Of a stretch of DNA of 64,000 nt, positions 57,394-64,000 are shown one piece after another; position 1 is the first letter of the stretch; every line of letters starts with the position of its first letter. This DNA comes from Burkholderiaceae bacterium. Its GTDB lineage: Bacteria > Pseudomonadota > Gammaproteobacteria > Burkholderiales > Burkholderiaceae_C. Under the pieces are notes generated by a model that saw only the letters and a program-made list of their open reading frames with translations, had not been told where the DNA came from and made no database searches. The position numbers and the translations under genes are program-made. The DNA is taken from assembly GCA_032122355.1 (NCBI GenBank), contig JAUMCS010000060.1, forward strand, positions 9,312 through 73,311, given 5' to 3'.

Positions 57394-59108
57394 TCGTTGG
57401 TAACCGCCAATACCTCTTCGAGGGAAGTCAGGCCCTGAAGCACTTTCAATAAACCCGACTGACGCAAATTCAGCACGCCATCGCGTTTGGCTTGTTGGGC
57501 AATATCCATGACAGACCCTTGGTGCAAAATAATCTGCTGAATCGCTTCGGTTATGGGCATGACCTGATAGATTCCCGTTCGGCCACGATAGCCACCACTA
57601 CACGCAGAACACCCCACCGCACGATAAGGTTGCCAAGTACCGTCAATTTGGTCGGCAGAAAATCCTGCCTCCAACAATGCTTCGGGCGGCAATAAAGCCG
57701 GCTGCTTACATTGCGCACACAACTGCCGCGCTAGGCGTTGAGCTGTGATTAACAGTACGCTCGAAGCAATATTAAAGGGCGCCACACCCATATTGGTTAA
57801 CCGCATCAAAGTACTCGGCGCATCATTGGTATGTAATGTTGACAATACCAAATGCCCCGTTTGGGCAGCCTTGATAGCGATATCAGCGGTTTCCAAATCG
57901 CGTATTTCGCCCACCATGATAATGTCAGGGTCTTGACGTAAAAAAGCCCGCAAGGCTTCAGCAAATCCCAGGCCCGCTTTTTCATTCACATTCACCTGAT
58001 TTACACCGGGCAAATTGATTTCAGCAGGATCTTCAACCGTAGCAATATTGACCCCGGGCTGATTGAGCAAACCCAAACAGGTATAAAGTGAAACCGTTTT
58101 ACCAGAGCCCGTCGGGCCCGTGACTAAAATCATCCCATAGGGGCGTGCAATCGCATGCAATAAACGTTCTTTTTCAATCGGCTCATAGCCTAATGCATCC
58201 ATACCCAGCTTCATTGCCGACGCATCCAAGATACGAATCACAATTTTCTCACCGTGCAAAGTAGGCAGCGTACTCACACGAAAATCGATCGAACGGGTAC
58301 CAAATTGCAGTTTGACGCGCCCATCTTGTGGCACCCGTTTCTCGGCAATATCCAACCGGCTGATGACTTTAATGCGTGCAGCCAAACGATCTTTGATGAC
58401 TAGGGGAGGCTGTTGAATTTCACGCAATTGCCCATCGACACGAAAACGTACGCGATACACATGCTCATAGGGCTCAAAATGCAAATCCGATGCGCGCATA
58501 TTGATGGCATCGACCAGCATTTTTTTTAGAAACCTCACCACGGGGGCATCTTCAATGTCTTGTTCCGTTTCCGTCGCAGAGTTGGCATCGTTAGTATCTA
58601 GTGTGATCATGCCGAAATCGACATCTTGCACCGCTTCCAGCCAATCACTTGCAGGGCCCGCAGAAGCGGCCAAAAGCCGCATCAGTTTGTCATACTCCAC
58701 AACAACCCACTCTGGAATCAGCTGGGTGGAAGCCTTAATCCGATCATAGGTCTCTTTATTAGTGGGGTCCGCAGTAGCGAGCAATAGGCGTTTGCCTTTG
58801 CACTCTAGTGCCATCACCTGAAGCTTACGGGCTGTCAAGCTATCCAAACCCTCTACTGGCAAACTAGAAGCAGCGTATTCATCCAAATTCAAATAGGGCA
58901 AGCCCAAAGCCTTCACGATGGCCTGCGCCATTTCCGTCGCTGTCAACACTTTCTGTTCAATGACAGCCGCCATGAAATCCATGCGTTGCTCACGGGCACG
59001 TTGCAATAAGGTTCGGGCTTGTTCCACACTCATATGCCCAGCTTGTACGAGCAACCGAGGCAGCCCCCCCATTCCGTGCGGCAAGATAGGTTTAGTTTGG
59101 GTTATCAT
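57390..59108 (-). CDS. pilB: type IV pilus assembly ATPase PilB
   Basis: 572 aa. Walker A GPTGSGKTV, tetracysteine motif (CAQC...CSAC), N-terminal T2SSE_N domain. Confidence 0.93.
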   Translation of the reverse strand: MITQTKPILPHGMGGLPRLLVQAGHMSVEQARTLLQRAREQRMDFMAAVIEQKVLTATEMAQAIVKALGLPYLNLDEYAASSLPVEGLDSLTARKLQVMALECKGKRLLLATADPTNKETYDRIKASTQLIPEWVVVEYDKLMRLLAASAGPASDWLEAVQDVDFGMITLDTNDANSATETEQDIEDAPVVRFLKKMLVDAINMRASDLHFEPYEHVYRVRFRVDGQLREIQQPPLVIKDRLAARIKVISRLDIAEKRVPQDGRVKLQFGTRSIDFRVSTLPTLHGEKIVIRILDASAMKLGMDALGYEPIEKERLLHAIARPYGMILVTGPTGSGKTVSLYTCLGLLNQPGVNIATVEDPAEINLPGVNQVNVNEKAGLGFAEALRAFLRQDPDIIMVGEIRDLETADIAIKAAQTGHLVLSTLHTNDAPSTLMRLTNMGVAPFNIASSVLLITAQRLARQLCAQCKQPALLPPEALLEAGFSADQIDGTWQPYRAVGCSACSGGYRGRTGIYQVMPITEAIQQIILHQGSVMDIAQQAKRDGVLNLRQSGLLKVLQGLTSLEEVLAVTNE

Positions 59109-59149
59109 GTATTGTTCACTTTTAAGTCAGGCATCAGGAGAGGATCAAT

Positions 59150-59653
59150 ATGTTGGGCATTTATGAACATGTTTGCACATTATTGAAGTACGCGGGCATC
59201 AGTTTTATTGCAGGGGCCGTTAACCATGGTATGTTCAGCGAAGAGCGTTCTATTTTGACTGCAGCAGTCGGGATCTTATGTTACTTGCTCGCTGGTTATA
59301 TCACGATACGCACACAAGCTCAATCGGAGCAACGCTGGAGTGATTTTTTTGGATATGGCATATTGTCATCTATAGGACTAGGTTTTTTTACTGGGGGTTT
59401 ACAACATTTTCCCGACTCTCCCCTGCGTAGCGCCTGGGTTGTACCCCTTGGGTTCTTCTTATCGTGGATTGCGTTGTATTTTCAGGCTGGGCAAGCCTTA
59501 GTGCACAAACAAAAAAGCTTTCTTCTGTATGGTCTATTGGCATGCACGCTTATCGCAGCCTCCAGTCTGGCCGCCAGCTGGGCATTAAGCCATCACTGGA
59601 TTGAATGGGGGCATGATGACCACCATAACCAGGACCACGTCCACGACCATTAA
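59150..59653 (+). CDS. hypothetical polytopic membrane protein with His-rich C-terminal tail
   Basis: 167 aa, 4-5 predicted TM helices, C-terminus HHWIEWGHDDHHNQDHVHDH. Confidence 0.5.
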   Translation: MLGIYEHVCTLLKYAGISFIAGAVNHGMFSEERSILTAAVGILCYLLAGYITIRTQAQSEQRWSDFFGYGILSSIGLGFFTGGLQHFPDSPLRSAWVVPLGFFLSWIALYFQAGQALVHKQKSFLLYGLLACTLIAASSLAASWALSHHWIEWGHDDHHNQDHVHDH

Positions 59654-59840
59654 TGAAAGCTAAACCCAAACCTTTATAGTGCTAAATTTACAAAAAGTAA
59701 CCATCCCTATCAGTGTATTTCATAACTCAAAGCACTTGCCAAATCTAAAAAACCGTAGCACACTAGGAATCAAGTGTTGAGTTAAACGCAAACTTTTTCT
59801 CTACACTGACATTTCAATGCGCTTACTTAAGGAGCTTAAG

Positions 59841-60182
59841 ATGAATTTAACCATCAGTGGACATCACATGGAAGTTACTCCCGCATTGCGTGAGTATGTC
59901 CTCAACAAAATTGAAAGGGTTATTCGGCACTTTGATCAAGTCGTGGATATTCATATCTTGCTCAGCGTTGAAAATATGAAGGAAAAAGAGCGTCGTCAGA
60001 AAGCAGAAGTTACGTTACGCGTAAAAGGCCGAGAGATTTTTGTTGAACAAACCCATGAAGATTTATACGCTGCCATTGATGAATTGATGGACAAACTGGA
60101 TCGTCAGGTCGTCCGACACAAAGATCGTGTACAAAATCACCACCACGTGGCGATGAAAAGAAGCCCCAACGCTTTTTTATAA
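59841..60182 (+). CDS. hpf: ribosome hibernation promoting factor
   Basis: [20 protein letters not shown] is typical of HPF/YhbH. The ATG at 59841 is preceded by AAGGAG; the track start at 59817 is probably too early. Confidence 0.9.
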   Translation: MNLTISGHHMEVTPALREYVLNKIERVIRHFDQVVDIHILLSVENMKEKERRQKAEVTLRVKGREIFVEQTHEDLYAAIDELMDKLDRQVVRHKDRVQNHHHVAMKRSPNAFL

Positions 60183-60284
60183 CTGCATCATGAGCCAATT
60201 GAGGGAGATAGTGATTTATACTCTGCGCAATGTTTATTAAAATGGGCGGTCTGTACGACGCTTGATGACCCATAGTTTGTCCTC

Positions 60285-60758
60285 ATGAATCGTATTGCCG
60301 CCATACTTCCCTTTGAAAATATTCTGCTAGATGTTGACTGCAGCAGCAAAAAGCGAATCTTTGAATACCTAGGCCTGTTTTTTGAAAACCAGTGGGGCCT
60401 CCCTGCATCGATCGTTAGCGATCACCTTTTTGCGCGAGAGCGCTTGGGATCAACAGGGCTGGGCAGAGGAGTTGCCATACCGCATGGCCGAATCAAAGCG
60501 CTCAAGCACCCTATTGCTGCTTTTATGCGTTTGCATAATCCTATTGCCTTTGATGCGCCTGACGACGAGCCCGTACGTCTCGTTTTAGCCTTACTGGTGC
60601 CTGAGGCAGCCACGCAAGCTCACCTAGAAATATTATCTGAAGTTGCTGAGTTACTCAGTGATACTCACTTACGAACCCTTCTCACTACAGCAACCCTTGC
60701 TTCTGAAGTGCACCATCTCATCAAAGATTGGGCACCGGCCAAGGTACCGCATGAATAG
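60285..60758 (+). CDS. ptsN: PTS IIA-like nitrogen regulatory protein
   Basis: 157 aa with the phospho-His region GLGRGVAIPHGR, located between hpf and hprK. Confidence 0.88.
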   Translation: MNRIAAILPFENILLDVDCSSKKRIFEYLGLFFENQWGLPASIVSDHLFARERLGSTGLGRGVAIPHGRIKALKHPIAAFMRLHNPIAFDAPDDEPVRLVLALLVPEAATQAHLEILSEVAELLSDTHLRTLLTTATLASEVHHLIKDWAPAKVPHE

Positions 60759-61754
60759 ATGAAAAAAAAAGCTTCCATTAGTGCTGAAGCATTATTTCAG
60801 GAATATAGAAGCTCGCTCAAATGGGAGTGGCTAGCCGGTCATGCCAGACCAGATCGGCAGTTCGCCGAAGTCGCTATTCGTGAAGCGAGGGCTGCGGCTG
60901 ACTTAATTGGCTACTTGAATTACATCCATCCGTATCGAGTGCAGCTGGTAGGGGCTAGAGAGGTGGCCTATTTAAACGATCCGGCCAAAGAAGTGGTTGA
61001 GCGTCGAATAGCCCGCATTGTGACCCTTGAACCACCTTTAATCATCGTGGCTGATGGGCAGGAAGCCCCCGAGCGCTTGATTGCCATGTGCGACCGTGCC
61101 GACATCCCTTTGTTTTATACCGAGGCCTCTGCTGGGTATGTCATCGACTTGCTACGTAGCTATTTAAGCCAAATTTTCGCCGAAAGAATTACTCGCCATG
61201 GAGTTTTCCTCGACATTTTGGGCATGGGTGTGTTGCTCACTGGTGAGTCAGGACTCGGAAAAAGCGAATTAGGCCTTGAGCTTATTTCGCGAGGGCACGG
61301 CTTGGTAGCAGATGATGCAGTTGATTTTTATCGTGTCTCCGAAGCTGTCATAGAAGGACGATGCCCAGAGCTTTTGCGTAACTTATTGGAAGTCCGAGGC
61401 ATAGGCTTACTTGACATCAAATCTATTTTTGGGGAAACAGCAGTCCGACGCAAAATGCGCCTTAAGTTAATAGTTTACTTGGTTCGATCAGAAACCATGG
61501 AGCGAGACTTTGATCGAATTCCGGACGAACCTCTTCATGAAGAAGTTTTAGGAACTTCTATTCGCAAGGTCGTCATCGCCGTTGATGCAGGCCGAAACTT
61601 GGCCGTATTGGTGGAGGCCGCTGTCCGCAATACCATCTTACAACTCAGAGGCATTAATACCTATCAAGAGTTTATTCAACGTCATCAACTGGCCATGGAA
61701 AATTCACTTGAGGATAATGAACCTGAATCCTCCCAACTTAAGCCATCCCTCTAA
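60759..61754 (+). CDS. hprK: HPr kinase/phosphorylase
   Basis: 331 aa with P-loop [25 protein letters not shown]. Confidence 0.9.
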   Translation: MKKKASISAEALFQEYRSSLKWEWLAGHARPDRQFAEVAIREARAAADLIGYLNYIHPYRVQLVGAREVAYLNDPAKEVVERRIARIVTLEPPLIIVADGQEAPERLIAMCDRADIPLFYTEASAGYVIDLLRSYLSQIFAERITRHGVFLDILGMGVLLTGESGLGKSELGLELISRGHGLVADDAVDFYRVSEAVIEGRCPELLRNLLEVRGIGLLDIKSIFGETAVRRKMRLKLIVYLVRSETMERDFDRIPDEPLHEEVLGTSIRKVVIAVDAGRNLAVLVEAAVRNTILQLRGINTYQEFIQRHQLAMENSLEDNEPESSQLKPSL

Positions 61755-62176
61755 TTACGATGGATGCAATGCATTCGGGTACATTTTGCGTATAAAGCCA
61801 AACGATGGTCCTGCAACTCAAAGCCACGTTCATGTGCAATCTTAAGTTGTCGCCTCTCAATTTCCTCATCATAAAACTCTTCTACCCGCCCGCATGTTAG
61901 GCACACCAAGTGATCATGGTGATCGCCTTCATTCAGCTCAAAAACTGATCGATCGCCTTCAAAATTGCTGCGATTAAGAATTCCGGCCTGCTCGAATTGT
62001 AATAGAACCCGATAAACCGTTGCTAAACTGACATCGCCGGGCTCTTTGGAAAGTTTGCGATAAATATCTTCGGCACTGAGGTGCCTTTGATCAGTAGTGT
62101 TAAAAAGCTCTAAAATTTTCATTCTCGGCAGCGTTGCCTTTAAACCCTTTAACCCGCTACTTTTCAATGTATTCAT
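61751..62176 (-). CDS. fur: ferric uptake regulator
   Basis: 141 aa with a wHTH domain plus metal-site motifs [16 protein letters not shown]. Confidence 0.92.
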   Translation of the reverse strand: MNTLKSSGLKGLKATLPRMKILELFNTTDQRHLSAEDIYRKLSKEPGDVSLATVYRVLLQFEQAGILNRSNFEGDRSVFELNEGDHHDHLVCLTCGRVEEFYDEEIERRQLKIAHERGFELQDHRLALYAKCTRMHCIHRN

Positions 62177-62305
62177 AGTTTAAAAACATGCAATGGACTC
62201 TAAAATAACCTGATGATACCCTCAAACACTCACCACTGTGAATGGTCCAGTGCAACCGCGCCCGACCCAATTCACCTAACAAGCCCTTCCTCAGCCACAC
62301 CACCG

Positions 62306-62839
62306 ATGATTGCTATGCTAAAAATTGTCATTTTCATGCCTTTCGTCCTGTTGATGGGATGTAGTAGCTCTCAATGGAAGCAAGTGGTCGAGTATGCGCC
62401 CGTGATTCAACCCTATCAAATCGAAATTGCACAGGGCAACGTGGTCACCAAGGAACAACTGGCTTTAATCAAACTCGGCTCATCGCCTGATGAAGTGCGC
62501 GAGCAATTAGGAAGCCCTACCCTGATTGATGTTTTTCACCCCCATCGTTGGGACTATCACTTCTCATTCGCACGCCATGGGCAGCCACTACAACAACGCA
62601 CTATCACTTTATTTTTTCAAGATGAAAAGCTGAAAAAAATTGATGCACCGCCACTGCCTTCTGAGGCTGAATTCTCAGCATCTATCAGTACGTTCAAGCC
62701 CCGCAGCACACCCCTAGCAACTGAACTCACATCAGACCAAATCAAAGCCTTACCCTTGCCGACACGTAAACCCAGCGCCAGTCAAAGTGCGCCTCAAGGT
62801 GCCGTACGTACCTATCCCCCATTGGAGACCACCCCATAA
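62306..62839 (+). CDS. bamE: outer membrane protein assembly factor BamE (SmpA/OmlA lipoprotein)
   Basis: Lipobox LLMGCSS and the SmpA/OmlA segment [33 protein letters not shown]. The gene is divergent from fur. The ATG at 62306 is preferred over the track start at 62213. Confidence 0.8.
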   Translation: MIAMLKIVIFMPFVLLMGCSSSQWKQVVEYAPVIQPYQIEIAQGNVVTKEQLALIKLGSSPDEVREQLGSPTLIDVFHPHRWDYHFSFARHGQPLQQRTITLFFQDEKLKKIDAPPLPSEAEFSASISTFKPRSTPLATELTSDQIKALPLPTRKPSASQSAPQGAVRTYPPLETTP

Positions 62840-63669
62840 TGAAAACCAACCACCCTCTTGCTATTGCCATCACAGGTGCCACAGGTCGCATGGGGCGCAT
62901 GCTGATTGAGGCCATCATCAATGCACCTGATTGCAAGCTCGCAGCCGCACTCGTACCCGAAGGGGACAATGCCATAGGACAAGATGCAGGTGCTTTTCTT
63001 GGCCTGGAAACTGGCATCGCCATTCAATCAAATCTAGAAAACGCCCTTCAAGTTTCTGATGTTTTGATCGACTTCACCCGACCCAGAGGTACCTTGGAGC
63101 ATCTACAAATATGCTCAAAGGTAGGAGTGCCGGCCGTCATTGGCACCACCGGCTTTACTGCCGAGCAAAAAGCCACTATCGCATCTTTAAGCCAAAAAAT
63201 TCCCATCGTCATGTCACCCAACATGAGCGTGGGTGTAAACGTCGTTCTACGTTTACTGGATATGGCTGCGCGCGCCTGCCAAACAGGATATGACATTGAA
63301 ATCGTCGAAGCGCATCATCGGCATAAAGTTGATGCCCCCAGCGGCACCGCATTGCGCATGGGTGAAGTCATCGCTCAAGCTCTGAAGCGCGATCTTAGCG
63401 AATGTGCCATTTATGGTCGCGAAGGTTACACCGACGAGCGTGCTCCCTCTACCATCGGATTTTCCACCATTCGTGGAGGTGATGTCGTGGGCGACCATAC
63501 CGTCATGTTCATGGGCACCGGCGAGCGGATAGAAATTTCGCACAAAAGCAGTAGTCGGGCCACATATGCCGAAGGCAGTTTACGTGCAGCCCGTTTTTTG
63601 ATGCAGCATAATAGCGGCTTATTTGATATGAGCGATGTATTGGGTTTCAACAACTCAGGAGCCCAATAA
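62839..63669 (+). CDS. dapB: 4-hydroxy-tetrahydrodipicolinate reductase
   Basis: 276 aa with N-terminal Rossmann motif [12 protein letters not shown] and the [15 protein letters not shown] motif. Confidence 0.95.
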   Translation: MKTNHPLAIAITGATGRMGRMLIEAIINAPDCKLAAALVPEGDNAIGQDAGAFLGLETGIAIQSNLENALQVSDVLIDFTRPRGTLEHLQICSKVGVPAVIGTTGFTAEQKATIASLSQKIPIVMSPNMSVGVNVVLRLLDMAARACQTGYDIEIVEAHHRHKVDAPSGTALRMGEVIAQALKRDLSECAIYGREGYTDERAPSTIGFSTIRGGDVVGDHTVMFMGTGERIEISHKSSSRATYAEGSLRAARFLMQHNSGLFDMSDVLGFNNSGAQ

Positions 63670-64000
63670 TGCAGGGCATAATGGAATTTTGGAGCGCCAG
63701 TGATGGCATAGGCCGCACCACAGCTGCCCTGCTTTTTTTAATGTCGATAGGCTCCTGGTTTTTGATTGGCTGGAAAAGCTGGGTCTTGAAGCGTGCCAGC
63801 GCTGATCTTGTGCGCGGCCTTGCCGGTTTTTGGTCTGCACCCAATGTCACCCAAGCGCGTGAGCGCCTGCAGCAAATCGATCGCGAACAAATCATTCTGC
63901 CCTTACTTACCGCAGCAGATGCCAAAACCGCCCTAGGCACTTTGGCGGCATCCTCACAACCTGAATCACAACTCACCCGCCGCATCCGCGATGCACTGCA
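63669..64000 (+). CDS. MotA/TolQ/ExbB-family proton channel protein, partial (runs off window)
   Basis: Not in the ORF track because there is no stop in the window. Manual translation from the ATG at 63669 (TAATG overlap with dapB) gives [42 protein letters not shown]..., an N-terminal pattern like ExbB/TolQ proteins. The frame stays open to the window end. Confidence 0.5.
   Translation, partial: MQGIMEFWSASDGIGRTTAALLFLMSIGSWFLIGWKSWVLKRASADLVRGLAGFWSAPNVTQARERLQQIDREQIILPLLTAADAKTALGTLAASSQPESQLTRRIRDAL

Noticed and set aside
35741-59653. The whole 24-kb rpoN-to-hpf interval as a single inserted genomic island
   Set aside because: More than half of it is core metabolism and cell biology (aceK, bioAFDB, zapD, coaE, pilBCD) with host-like composition. 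Only 37.1-47.3 kb looks accessory.
59654-59840. Sigma-54 (-24/-12 TGGCAC-N5-TTGC) promoter upstream of hpf, and a Fur box in the fur-bamE spacer (62,177-62,305)
   Set aside because: Reading both strands found only partial matches (e.g. AGCACTTGCC) without correct spacing. No 19-bp Fur-box-like palindrome was seen.

Overview
This 64-kb window looks like a betaproteobacterial chromosome, judging by gene order (kdsDC-lptCAB-rpoN, hpf-ptsN-hprK, pilBCD-coaE-zapD, fur/bamE/dapB). All calls come from reading the sequence and the supplied translations; no searches were run. The window has three parts.

(1) Positions 1 to about 14,800 are a visibly AT-rich, single-strand operon, and this is the best candidate for an undescribed system. 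It encodes a complete-looking but atypical T2SS/T4P-like envelope machine: a lipoprotein secretin, a PilP/GspC-like protein, a GspE-type ATPase, a GspF-type platform, and two bitopic GspL/M-like proteins. Two paralogous secreted proteins precede it. Both have an N-terminus resembling the FimV core domain. One is about 1,900 aa, with at least ten Ig-like modules and a perfect 24-unit 12-bp (EVVP)n tandem repeat. No pilin or dedicated prepilin peptidase is visible in the window.

(2) Positions 14.8-37 kb and 47.3-64 kb are ordinary housekeeping genes: fba, tRNA-Leu, ileS-lspA, dacC, lipB, uvrA, a P-type ATPase, a CPA2 antiporter, the LPS/Lpt genes, rpoN, aceK, bioAFDB, pilBCD, hpf-ptsN-hprK, fur, bamE and dapB.

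(3) Positions 37.1-47.3 kb are a compact defence/TA island next to tRNA-Ser. It holds Phd-VapC, VapBC, AbiEi/AbiEii and a Neisseria-like type II-C CRISPR-Cas9 locus (cas9-cas1-cas2). The array has 15 repeats and 14 spacers of 30 nt, a tracrRNA is predicted, and each repeat carries an extended -10 box. A BrnT/BrnA module sits in a decayed integrative element, bounded by three nested copies of the tRNA-Ser 3' end.

Notable details: an orphan degenerate CRISPR repeat is separated from the array by the AbiE module. Two spacers share 24 nt at a 5-nt offset. Two closely related terminator hairpins bracket the cas operon.
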